A stretch of DNA of 57,171 bases from Patescibacteria group bacterium (lineage in GTDB: Bacteria > Patescibacteriota > Minisyncoccia > JAHISW01 > Tagabacteraceae): NCBI GenBank assembly GCA_042577045.1, contig JBHPEK010000003.1, positions 1 through 57,171 on the forward strand. The letters run 5' to 3'. This document shows, piece after piece, positions 21,333-33,100 of the stretch (the stretch's first letter is position 1; every line of letters begins with the position of its first letter). The notes beneath the pieces are model-generated. The model ran no database searches. It worked only from the letters and a program-made list of their open reading frames with translations, and was not told the DNA's origin. Made by a program: the position numbers and the translations under genes.

Positions 21333-21462
21333 TTAAACTCCTTATTTTCAAACAACTTTCTCTAATTTGTAACAATTTTAAATCAAAAAAACAACCCTCC
21401 TAACCAAAACAACCCCTCAACACAATATTGAAGGGCTGTTAAAAATACGGAACTATATCAAC

Positions 21463-22149
21463 CTAGTCTTCTGAAACGTCTCTTCGTAGTCTTTCAATTG
21501 TTTTACTAGCTGCATCTTTTCCTCCTAAACCAAAAGCCAAGCCACCAGCAATAGATAGCATAGCAATAAATCCAGTGAAAAGTGTTTGGACTAATGGACC
21601 AGCAATACCAAGCTGATAGAGGGCTGCCAAAAAGGCAAACACCCACACTGCCCACTTAGTCATTCCGCCAAGAAAATGAGCTGAGCCAAGTTTAGCCGCC
21701 TTGGCTGAACTGACAACAACTTTCTGTGATGCATCTGCCAAAAGAGCTGCCGCGAGCAAAATAAGAGCCGCCACAATAACATTAGGCAAATAAAGAAGAA
21801 CTACGTCCCTTAAAAATGCATTTACCTGATCAAGGCCCAAAATATCAACTGAGGCAACAAGAAATACAATCAAAAAGAACCATTTCACAAGATCTCCGAT
21901 AAAAAGCCCTGAGTTGAGACGCAAACCGCTTCGCGCTAGAGGTCCTTCAATGCCGGTTTTTTGCAAAACTTTGTCCACCTTGAAAAAACCAATAATTTGG
22001 CCAGCGAGTCGCCCTAGAGTAGATGCAATAATCCAACCAGCAATAAAAACAATTATTGCTAGTATTAGTTTGGGAGCGAAAGCTACAACACCCATCCAAA
22101 GAGATTGGAAAGAAGCCAACAATACATCGCTCCATGCTTGCATTACCAT
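21463..22149 (-). CDS. Polytopic membrane protein with repeated TM-helix modules (resembles the N-terminal conserved TM helix repeats of MscS-like proteins)
   Basis: 228 aa containing several similar hydrophobic helices each followed by a basic or amphipathic segment. The family call is by eye only. Confidence 0.6.
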   Translation of the reverse strand: MVMQAWSDVLLASFQSLWMGVVAFAPKLILAIIVFIAGWIIASTLGRLAGQIIGFFKVDKVLQKTGIEGPLARSGLRLNSGLFIGDLVKWFFLIVFLVASVDILGLDQVNAFLRDVVLLYLPNVIVAALILLAAALLADASQKVVVSSAKAAKLGSAHFLGGMTKWAVWVFAFLAALYQLGIAGPLVQTLFTGFIAMLSIAGGLAFGLGGKDAASKTIERLRRDVSED

Positions 22150-22259
22150 AAAATTTAATTAGTTATTTAATTACCAAAATTTTATCAGCAAAATCGACCC
22201 CCCCGCAAAACGGGTTTCATTTATATAATATCATATTTTGGAGCAAGTTTATTTAAAAT

Positions 22260-22270
22260 TGTGGATAACT
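22260..22270. promoter_or_regulatory. 11-mer TGTGGATAACT (contains a perfect DnaA-box 9-mer), copy 1
   Basis: Intergenic, about 110 nt upstream of the 22149 start. The identical 11-mer occurs at 38075-38085 (opposite strand) and 45457-45467. Confidence 0.5.
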
Positions 22271-22300
22271 ACTATATATAACAGACATTTTTAACGGACA

Positions 22301-23395
22301 TTATTTCTTTTTTCTTTTCTTTTTATATACCACGTGGAGTGGGTAAAACTCAAAATAGTCATCTTCGTCAAACCAAGCGCATTTGAAACTATAAAGCCGT
22401 AACCCCGTCAAGCGCGACAAGGCCAAAGCATAAATGGTTAATTGTTCAATTGGCTTATATTTTTTAGCGCTCGGCTTAAAATCCATAATATGGATCATTC
22501 CGTTTCTTAATTGGACAATATCAATATGTCCAGTAATCGTCCCTTCCTTGCCAACATCAAGAGGAACAATAAAATTAAGCATATTTTGAAAATGATCTAT
22601 GTCTTCCTTGTCCAAGACAACCGGCACTTCAACCGCCAAAGTCGTTGAGTCGCAAAACAATAAAAATTCCTGCAAAACCTCGTGACGTTTTTTATTATTC
22701 GACACAGCCTGCATAACAAATTTTGCTGTCTCTGTAGCTTTGTTTTCTTTTCTGGTAATTCTAACCTGGTCTAGGTCAAATTTCTTCTTAAAATCAGAGG
22801 CGCGAAACTTACTTTCAGTAAAAACTTTATGCGGACATTCAGCAATTATCAATTCCAAAAAACTTTTGATTGATTTCAGCTTATAATTTTTAAAATCTTC
22901 ATTCAAAAGCAAGTCTGTCTTCCATTTGTGATACATAAAATCATAAACTTGCTGGTGGAATAACCGATGTTCTGTGGTCATTTCTTTCAAATTAAATTCT
23001 TTATCGCTAATTTTTTTACTCAAATAATCCCGCATCCTAGCAAAAGGTGTTAAATATTCATATTGCTTTGTCCAATTTATAATAGTATTTGTAGAAATTT
23101 TTAAACCATAATCTTTGTTTATCTTTTCGCAAATCTCTTCCGGTTTTAAAAACTTATTATGCAAAACAAGGCTTTGTAAAATTATAGCGACTGGATATGT
23201 CTTACCTTTTGTAACCAAAGGAGTAAATTTTTTCTTACAATGGTTACAGTAAAAAACTTGTACTTTTTCATGCTTTTTTGCGCGAAAACCAGCCTTAACA
23301 AAACCAGATCCCTTGCAATACGGGCAGTGGGTTATGGTTTTGAGTCCAGCAACAGGAGGAAGGTTCTTTTTTCTTGTTATTATTTCTTTCCCCAT
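22301..23395 (-). CDS. Zn-ribbon + HTH (IS1 InsA-like N-terminus) fused to a PD-(D/E)xK (Cas4/RecB-like) nuclease domain
   Basis: The N-terminus has CPYC...C.HC and then an HTH-like STNTIINWTKQY. The C-terminus has GHIDIV...IHIMDFKP...QLTIYALAL (D, D/ExK and QxxxY motifs). It overlaps the upstream ORF by 16 nt. Confidence 0.55.
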   Translation of the reverse strand: MGKEIITRKKNLPPVAGLKTITHCPYCKGSGFVKAGFRAKKHEKVQVFYCNHCKKKFTPLVTKGKTYPVAIILQSLVLHNKFLKPEEICEKINKDYGLKISTNTIINWTKQYEYLTPFARMRDYLSKKISDKEFNLKEMTTEHRLFHQQVYDFMYHKWKTDLLLNEDFKNYKLKSIKSFLELIIAECPHKVFTESKFRASDFKKKFDLDQVRITRKENKATETAKFVMQAVSNNKKRHEVLQEFLLFCDSTTLAVEVPVVLDKEDIDHFQNMLNFIVPLDVGKEGTITGHIDIVQLRNGMIHIMDFKPSAKKYKPIEQLTIYALALSRLTGLRLYSFKCAWFDEDDYFEFYPLHVVYKKKRKKK

Positions 23396-23802
23396 ACCCT
23401 ATTCCATGCTTTTTTCAAGTTAAGAATTCTCAATTTTACACGCTGATACCTTTTTAAAATATCCGTCAATTCATCTTGTAGTCTTTCGCTATCAACTAAA
23501 GCGTTCAAAAAATCTATTTTAGCAACAATCATATTTACAATATATGCCGACTTCTCCATTTTACGAGACGTTGACTCCAAATCTGAAAACTTATCGCCAT
23601 AGCTTTCCACAATCAATCTTGGAACTTGCTTGGACATCTCTTTCAACTTGCCAATTTCCTCCATTAAATCTTTATCATTTTTATACTTAACCGGAATTTT
23701 CAAATTAAAAATCTCCGCAGACAATTTTGTAGTCTGCTGATATACCTCTAGGTCTCTAAAACTTTTTACTGGAGTTCTAACTCTGAATTTGTCATACATC
23801 AT
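23380..23802 (-). CDS. Four-helix-bundle protein (23S rRNA intervening-sequence protein / Avd family)
   Basis: The SFRDLEVYQ...L...I start is typical of the family, and the protein is about 140 aa. The start is set at the ATGATG pair preceded by GGGGGTGA. The ORF track begins at 23841. Confidence 0.65.
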   Translation of the reverse strand: MMYDKFRVRTPVKSFRDLEVYQQTTKLSAEIFNLKIPVKYKNDKDLMEEIGKLKEMSKQVPRLIVESYGDKFSDLESTSRKMEKSAYIVNMIVAKIDFLNALVDSERLQDELTDILKRYQRVKLRILNLKKAWNRVWGKK

Positions 23803-23890
23803 GTCACCCCCTATTGTAACAAATATATCCAAAAATGTCAACCTCTCTATTTTCCGCTCTCAATGCCAAGTTTTTGTTCCATATAATAAC

Positions 23891-24124
23891 TTACTCTTTT
23901 TCAATAGTATCAAGTCGAGCGTTAACACTATCAAACCCGTCTTCCATTCGCCTTTCAATTTTATCAAATCGTTTATCAACACCGTCAAAACGTTTGTCAA
24001 CTTGCTCAAAACGTTTATCAACACCGTCAAAACGTTTGTCAACTTGCTCAAAACGTTTATCAACACCGTCAAAGCCCTTCTTGACCATTCCTGCAAGTCC
24101 TTCAATTGTTGTTACTTTTTTCAT
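23891..24124 (-). CDS. Small coiled-coil protein with tandem heptads (VDKRF[ED][QG]) x5
   Basis: Of the overlapping ORFs, this frame gives a coherent heptad-repeat protein. The underlying repeat is a 42-nt (2 x 21) DNA tandem at about 23950-24070. Confidence 0.5.
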   Translation of the reverse strand: MKKVTTIEGLAGMVKKGFDGVDKRFEQVDKRFDGVDKRFEQVDKRFDGVDKRFDKIERRMEDGFDSVNARLDTIEKE

Positions 24125-24155
24125 AATTCTATTTTAACAAAATAGCAAAATTTGT

Positions 24156-27100
24156 CTAATCGGTTGGTGTAGTCGTAGCAACTGGTTCTGGTTCTGGTTC
24201 AATTATAACTTCTGGAGTCGTCGTCGCTTGAGATTCATCTTCTTCAGCTTCAGCCCCGATGCTTTCCAGAATCTCCGATTCTGTGAAAGATCGAGGGTCT
24301 TCGACCCCGCCAGGGGCGGGCGTCGGGAGTTCAGGTTCTTCGTTGGTTATTGTTTCTTGGTTATTGATTATTATCACCTCTCTTGTGGTGATCCCTGTGT
24401 TTCCAGCTTGATCTGTAGCGGTAAATGTTATTGTGTGAGTTGTGGTAGTTGAAGTGTCTAAACTAAGTTCGTTTGGATATATCTCTGGTCCATCGTTTAG
24501 AATTACTTTGTAACCTAGGTTGGTGTCTACATTATCTGTAATAGTGGCTCCCATGTCGCTGTAGGTGGCATTAAGATCTAGATTTGCAGGGTTGTTACCG
24601 AGCAACTCTATAACAGGCGGTTCAGAATCCGGGGAAACATCCGATGTCGAGGAGGAGTCTGTTTCGGACGACGGGAGCACATCGGATGTTGAGGAGGATT
24701 CAGTCGGGGTCGTCGTCGTAGATTCAAGCCCTGCGTTCAATAGCAATTCTTTTAGTTGTTCTTCATTTATACAAGTACTTCCAACACAAACCTCGTCATC
24801 TACAAAGAGACTTTTTACTGTCAATATCTTATCCCTCAACCACTCAAGAAGTGTATCAAAAATTGAAGTTGTACTTGGCACACCTGCCTGTCCGGCAGGC
24901 AGGCTTGTTGTGGTAAGTCCAACTTCAAGGGATTGAAGTCTTAGCTCTAAGTCGTCAATCTTTTTCTGCTGTTCTTGAACACCAGCCAAAACAAATGTTG
25001 TTAGTTTGTAGAGGTCTACACCTTTACCATCCAAACTTAAAATCTCTATCGGCGCTTCTTCGGCAATTAAACCTAATCGTAAAGGTGTTTGGTTATTGTC
25101 TCTTGTATCTTGGTCATTGAGATAGTTATACTTCGCTACTTTCATCTCTTTTATCTTGTCTAGCACGTCTGCCTTTTCTTCTTCATCAAGATACATAATG
25201 TCTTTCTTTGCTTCACGAGTAGAAATATTTACAAAACCTTCCGCAGCTACATCTCCAAGAACATGCAGTTTATATTCCGGAGTAGAAGTGCCTACCCCAA
25301 AGTCAGCTCCAATGCCTACATTTCCGTCCTCCCCAATGAACATAGAAGAAGCATCTACGTAATTGGATTGTCCAAGAATAATTAAGACTGAAATCCTGCC
25401 AGTTTTCCACCTCCCAGATTCTGAATCAAAAACCTCTTGAGTTTTGAGAGAGGGGTCGCTAGAAATAACATTATCTTCATTATCCTCTACAAATTCGAGA
25501 GGTGAGTTTTCGTCAAAATCTTCCATTGCAATACCCACAAATTCTTCCCCTTTCTCCGCTTTTTTTCCTACTCCTCTCAAAAGATTTGATAGAGAAATTT
25601 TATCGCCCGGTTCTATATTTCCATTCTCCAAAGTTATTTTAATTGGTACTCGACCAGTTAAAGCAATTCTTTCGGCATCATCTCCCTGATATTCTGCTCC
25701 CATTGTGAGATGAGGATTTGTAGAAACAGCACCTAAAATAGTGTTATTTTGAGCCGTACGGCATCTTGCTACCTTATTTGACTCAGATATAGAGCAAACA
25801 ATGTCACCAGGCTCTAGCGTTGATTTGCCTTCTGCAGATAAATTTACTTGCGCTACCTTAAACCACTCTGCTACGTCAACCGCTCCTCCACTTCGCGAAG
25901 TGGCATAAATATTTCCGTCAGTATTTGTTTGAGGACAAGATCCATCGGATAAAATACACACCTTTGCGCCACCATATACATCTAAAGTACGAACTGGACT
26001 CGTCGTGCCGATGCCGACGTTGCCGTTAGCATCAACTGTCATATCAATATTTGCTGCGCTTCTTGCTATATAAAATTTTCCTGCCACATGCCTCAAAACA
26101 GCATCACCGGCAACATCACCAGTAACAAGCTTATTAGAATCTGACGCTGCCCCTAAAAGAACTCCCTCGCTACTGCCTGTGTAATTTCCAGCAAAAGACG
26201 GGGAGTTATTACCTATCAAAATACTACCAGCGTATTGTGTAGTAGAATATACATCAAGTAGTGCCCCCGGACTCGTCGTCCCGATGCCGACGTTGCCGCC
26301 GTTGTCTATTGTCATTTGCTCCGTGCTGACCGTCCAAAAACTCATTTCATCTCCATCATGATTATAAACCACTCTACCTTGTGCAGGAGCGGCTTGACCA
26401 TCTCCGAAATATAAGTTACCTCTCTCGTCAGTAGCGGTCAAGATAGTAATGCCAGTTTGCCCACTTCCTTCTACTACAAATTCATCAGCATTTGTCCCTA
26501 GAGTTGAACCACCACCAGTACCTGTTTTAACATGAAAAGGTGCTAAAGGCCCCGTCGTCCCGATGCCGACGTTGCCGTTATCTAAAACCGTAAACTTTGG
26601 ACTATCATTGCTATCAGCTATGACAAACGCTCTTCCTGTGGTTGTGCCATCTCCCGTGATAGACAATTTACCCCACGGAGTGGTAGACCCGATGCCGACG
26701 TTGCCTGAACTCCCCTGTATGGTCATTATTGTAGATGGGGTAGTTGAACCTGCCATGAAAACTATATCTCTATCTAAACTTGTTCTTGGTTGCAGAACTA
26801 AATGTCCAAAAGCATCAAAAGGATAAGTCCCTCCATCTGTTCCGCTTCGATATATATATGGGCTGCCATCATTTGTTGGCACAGATTCTAAACCAGCTAA
26901 GAATTTTAATGATGAGCCAGTCCCTGATATTTGTATTGTCCCTTCAACATCTAACTTTGTATCAGGACTCGCCGTCCCGATGCCGACGTTGCCCGCAGTT
27001 GCGTCGACGAAAAAGACGTCCGACGACCCTGCTTCTCCGACCCTAAAGTCCCCATCCACGTCCAGCAGATATGCTGGACTGGTGGTCCCGATGCCGACGT

Positions 27101-30100
27101 TGCCGTTATCTGTAAGCCTCATGACTTGCGTTTGAGTTGCTCCTGTATCGGTGGTTGTTAAGAAATCCATATTCCAATCGCCACCTGCATTTGGTTCCAA
27201 ACGGATAGCGCCATACGGATTAGCTGCAGTATGACTTGAATCTGACCACGCTATTCCTCTATACACTCCCGCATTCCAAGGAGCTCCATTCATTGAGATT
27301 TTAATTACATCTTCATCGGTTGTTTGAGCATTATTACTTATTACCTCAAGTTTAGTATCTGGCCCGGTCGTTCCGATGCCGACGTTGCCGGAATAATTTA
27401 TGGTCATAACAGTGTTTGTATCAATATCTGATTGCACATTTGAATTACTGTCATTTGGATCAAGCGCAAATTGAAGTTGTCCTCGATTGCGGTTCGATTC
27501 AGTCATCTTAAAAAATATCCCGGCTTTTACATATGTGCTAGGCAATGCATAGTTACTGAGTAATATACCAGTATATGGAGTTCCTAAGCTGTTACTGGCA
27601 TTCAAGAGATGGATATATGAATTGTTGTTTACCGCCGTTGTTAAAATATGCGATGGATCAATCAATCCTATACCGACGTTGCCGCTACTTCTTTCTATCA
27701 CAAACGGAACTGTTTCGGCCGTATCGTCTTGAATTTCAAAATCACCAGTATCGTTTTCTATTTCTAATCTCCAAGAATTCCCTACTGTTCCAGCTCCTGT
27801 CATTTCAAGAATAACATCTCCTGCTCTATACAGGCTTAATGCCTTAGCATTTCCTGCCTCAATACTTAAAGTTGACAACGGACTCGTCGTTCCGATGCCG
27901 ACGTTGCCAGCACTTGTTATTCTCATCCATTCTGTTGGAACTTGGTCTAAAGCAGTTAGAAATGCCAAATAAGAATCACTAGTTGCCGAACTTAAATAAG
28001 TATCTTCCCTGCCAGCTATTATCGCACCAGCAGAAACTCCAGTAGTTTGAGAAAACTGAATGCGTGTTGTTTCGTCCGTAGAACCAGGTGCAGCTGAATT
28101 TAATAATTCTATATCAGTTGAGCCACCATCATTTGTCTGTCGAATATGTAAAATATGGTCTGGCGCCGCCGTCCCAATACCAACATGTCCATTACCATTC
28201 ACTCCACTCACCACAAAAGATGGAGTTGAGCTACCAGAGTTTGAAACTACAAATGAATTTGTTTCAGTTCCTTGTTCTACTGCCAAGAGACCCCACGGAC
28301 TCGTCGTCCCGATGCCGACGTTGCCCGCAGTTGCGTCGACGAAAAAGACGTCCGACGACCCTGCTTCTCCGACCCTAAAGTCCCCATCCACGTCCAGCAG
28401 ATATGCTGGACTGGTGGTCCCGATGCCGACGTTGCCGGCTGTCACCATGCTTTTAGTCGTATTATTTAGATCTATATAATAGTCGTAATCGCCAGAATCA
28501 GTGAGCGTCTTGCTGTATACCGTTCCGTTATAAGTATAATAATAACCGGTAGAAACTATATTACCACTAGCTCCCAAACTCCCTGTTACGTCTAAGTTGT
28601 AAGCCGGATTCGCCGTCCCAATCCCCACACTCCCCGTATCAGTGACAATAAACTGCGTGGTTGATGAGCCAATCACGAAAGGATTGGTTGCGCCCGGAGA
28701 GTTGACTGACAAGAGACCCCAAGGACTGGTACTCCCGATGCCGACGTTGCCGTCTGTTGTGATTCTCATACGTTCGGTTGGAGCAGTATCTGATGTAACA
28801 TTTCTTGTCGAAAAAAGTAAATCACCTTTTCCAAGAACATCCGCAGCTGTCCATTTTAAAGCAATTGAAGCAACCGCATTAGTGTTGGTGTCCCCAGCAG
28901 CAAAGTTCAAAGAAATATGCTCATTTATATATGGTCCATCTGCACTTATTATATTTAATACACCTTGAGAAAGATTACCGAGAGTAGCGTTACGATCTCC
29001 AATTACTAACAACTTACCTGTTGGCGCCTCCGTCCCAATCCCCACACTCCCGTTTTCTAAAACTATAAACTGCGTAGTTGACGAGCCAATTACGAAAGGA
29101 TTAATTCCGCCAGGAGAGTTGACTGACAGAAGACCCCAAGGACTCGTCGTCCCAATGCCGACTTTCCCACTATCTGGGTCAACCACTAATTGATTAGCGT
29201 TCGTTGTAGTTCCTACCCTAAACCCTCCGTCTACATCTAAAAGGTAAGCCGGACTCGTCGTCCCGATGCCGACATTGCCGGCTGTCACCATGCTTTTAGT
29301 CGTATTATTTAGATCTATATAATAGTCGTAATCGCCAGAATCAGTGAGCGTCTTGCTGTATACCGTTCCGTTATAAGTATAATAATAACCGGTAGAAACT
29401 ATATTACCACTAGCTCCCAAACTCCCTGTTACGTCTAAGTTGTAAGCCGGATTCGCCGTCCCAATCCCCACACTCCCCGTATCAGTGACAATAAACTGCG
29501 TGGTTGATGAGCCAATCACGAAAGGATTGGTTGCGCCCGGAGAGTTGACTGACAAGAGACCCCAAGGACTGGTACTCCCGATGCCGACGTTGCCGTTATT
29601 ATCGATTCTCATTACTTCTGTTATATCATCAGCACCTGCCCCCGCAGCAGTAGAGAAAGCAATTGCACCTCCTATACTTGAACCAGTAGGAGCAGCATCA
29701 TCTACCTCAAATAATATTCTAGCAGGAGTTGTGCCATAATCTGTTCCATCATGAGCCCTTCCATCAATCCGAAGAAGTTGGTCGTTATCATTTACCACAG
29801 TTCCTACACCACGAGCCTTTCGACCCTGTATAACAAACGGATATACGTCAGCCGTTGTTCGTTCCAGAATCATATCTACAGCATTCCCCATAACATGTAA
29901 AATACCCTGTGGACTCGTTGTGCCGATGCCGATGTTGCCGCTTGCGTCTATCCTAAATCTTTCCGTATAAATACTTAACGCATCGTCGTATTCTCCAAAA
30001 GCCAGACTTCCGAGAGTTGAGGAAGCATACATATGCTTAAGATCAGACCCGCCTGAGGAATCAGTGAGGATGAGTTGTGGAGCCGTCCCTGCACTGAGCA

Positions 30101-33100
30101 CTTGCAGTAAAGCTGCAGGTGTCGAAGTGCCGACACCAACGTTGCCCTTCAAGTACGCAGTACCACTGCCATCAATTTTAAAGAAATCTGTTCCCGCAGT
30201 ACTCTCAACTAAAAGAGAATTATCTGATGAATCAACGCCTGCAGTAATAAGCAAACCGCTACTCTGGCCGGCGGTAATGTCTAAATTTTGAATCGTAAAT
30301 GTTGGAGTAGAATTATTCGCAATGAAATTTGTAGCCGTGGCTATAAACTTACCACTACCGTCTATTGTGAATAGATCATTACCCGCAGTACTCTCAACTA
30401 AAAGAGAATTATCTGATGAATCAACGCCTGCAGTAATAAGCAAACCGCTACTCTGGCCGGCGGTAATGTCTAAATTTTGAATCGTAAATGTTGGAGTAGA
30501 ATTATTCGCAATGAAATTTGTAGCCGTGGCTATAAACTTACCACTACCGTCTATTGTGAATAGATCATTACCCGCAGTACTCTCAACTAAAAGAGATTTA
30601 TCTGATGTGTTGACGCCTGCAGTAATAAGCAAACCGCTACTCTGAGCATCATTAATATCCTGATTATTAATGTGTACCAGTGGATTAGATGAATTTGCAA
30701 CAAAATTTGGTGCAACGATATGAAGAATTTTACCTGGAGTCGTTGTCCCTAATCCTAATTCCCCATCTGTAGCATCATAGAAAAATCCATTGTAGTTAGC
30801 TCCTTCGGCAAACCTAACGTCGCCATCTACTTCTAAAACCGCTGCCGGACTCGTCGTCCCGATGCCGACGTTGCCGCCATTGAAATACGACGTTGCACCT
30901 GCATTAATATTCACTCCTGTGTCCCCATTACTATCATAAAACCAAGCAACACCATTGTTATCAGTACCTCCGATTGTAACAGACCCATATCCACTTATTC
31001 CTTGCTCATAGTCATCAACAACCAATCTTCCTCCATATAAATGTAATTGATGGTCTGGACTCGTTGTCCCGATGCCGACGTTACCGTCATTTGCTAAAAC
31101 CAATTGATCGATATTTTGAGCAGTAGAAGAGTATGTATATAATTTCATTATAGAAGGTACATAATTGCCAGCGGCCCCATCTTGTATTACATCAATAACA
31201 GCTCCTTTATCAAAATTATTTCCACTATCCACACCACGAAATTGGATAGCAGCTAAACTATCGCCATCTTGTGTCGTTGAAACTGTTCCTACAGTATCAC
31301 TATCAGAAGTTCTTAAAATTAACAATTGATAATCACCAGGAGCAGTAGCATAAGTAGTTCCATAAATAACTCCATCATCAGCAGATGTTACAACCTCAAA
31401 TTTACTACTCGGACTCGTCGTCCCGATGCCGATGTTGCCGTCGGATTGGATACGCACCTTTTCGCTTGCCGTTCCCGCTGTGGTTGGCATGAAAACTAAG
31501 TCACCTGTATTATCTGCTCCAGCCCTTACTCCTCCAATGTACCCCAACATACCAGACGCATTTACTGTCGAAGCATCATTGGTAGCATCAGCCATATCAA
31601 AGACAATACCTGAACCAAATCCATCAACCGCATCTCCCGTACTTTTGTGAACAAAATGTGCTCCAGCCCTCAAGGCATTTGTTATGGCTGTGCTCCTTTG
31701 GAACCAAAAATCTTCATACTCTGTTCCAGTAATGCTTAGTTTTCCAATTGGCGTCGTCGTCCCGATGCCGACGTTGCCGTCATGATTTATCCGCATCCTT
31801 TCCGTTGCTACTGCACTATCATCAGTTCCATCAGCTTTTATCTTAAATACCAAATAACCACCCTTAGCAGTAGCGGAATGGTCTTGCGAAGCGTAACCTT
31901 CAATTGAAACAGAAGCATCTACTGAACTTGCCTTATCAACTGCATCAAACATCAGTCGCCCTAAAAGGTTACCAGCTTCAGTTGTAGCATCAAATCTTTC
32001 AAGTAAAATATCTGCTGCATCTGTAACTACAAATTTACGATTTGGCGCCACCTTCCCGATGCCGACGTTGCCGTCATCTAACACCACCATTTTGGGGCTA
32101 TCATTACTATCTGCGACTAAAAATGCTCTCGTGGTATTGCCTGTTCCAGAGCTTGTAACGGCTAATACTGCAAATGGACTCGTCGTACCGATGCCGACGT
32201 TGCCGCCATTGTTAATGTAACTATCTGTTCCAGAGTCAGCATGAAATTGAATTTTTAATGCTCCCGAAGAATCCCTTATACCGAAATTACCATCCCCCGA
32301 ACCATCTGTACCCATATTTACAACCCTTACACCTGAGACAGCATTACTCAAAACAATCCCATCTGAACCATCTGTTGACTGTTCAACCTCTAATTCGAAA
32401 GAAGGCGTCGTCGTTCCGATGCCGACGTTGCCGTCTCCTGTAAATGTAACTCTATCACCATCCGTACCTTCTGTTCCATAAAATCTTAAATCATCACCAC
32501 TAGTGTAAATTTCGTATACATTAGCTCCACCCTTAGACAGTTGTAAATTGCCCCCGTTTACCCCATCTACACGTATCTGAGTAGTTCCGGCGGTACCACT
32601 AAACAATGCAGTGGGAAAAGCAGTACTTTCTACATGTAATGGGTGGTCCGGACTCGTCGTCCCGATGCCGACGTTGCCGTTTCCTAAGACTGTCACCAAT
32701 TCCGTCCCGAAATTATACAACTGAAAGACCGTTTCAGAAGCCCCCAATGCTTCCCAACCTGTCCCATCTTTTTTCGCACCAGCCATAAGTATTGCAGGAA
32801 TAGTATCAGTCGGGTCAGTATCGCCAATGATTCCATATATTTCTAAGCCACTATCGTCTGTGTCTGACAAACCCCAAATTGCCATTCCTCCTTGAGTCGC
32901 TTGTGCAACATTAAACTGCCCAAATGCATTTGTTGGTAATAGAGTTGTCATTCCATGAGCTACATCATTATCACTTAAAATAAGATTTCCATCAAAAACA
33001 TCCAACAACGCCCCTGGACTCGTCGTCCCGATGCCGACGTTGCCGTCTGAACCTTGGACAAAGAGAGCCGTTCCTGAATCCCAATTGATAGTCGTATCTG

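Noticed and set aside
23789-24145. Alternative ORFs over the 42-nt tandem repeat (23789-24145 +, 23835-24137 +, 23860-24105 -)
   Set aside because: Repeat periodicity keeps several frames open. The minus frame 23891-24124 gives a coherent charged heptad protein and is co-oriented with all neighbours. This choice is still only moderately confident.
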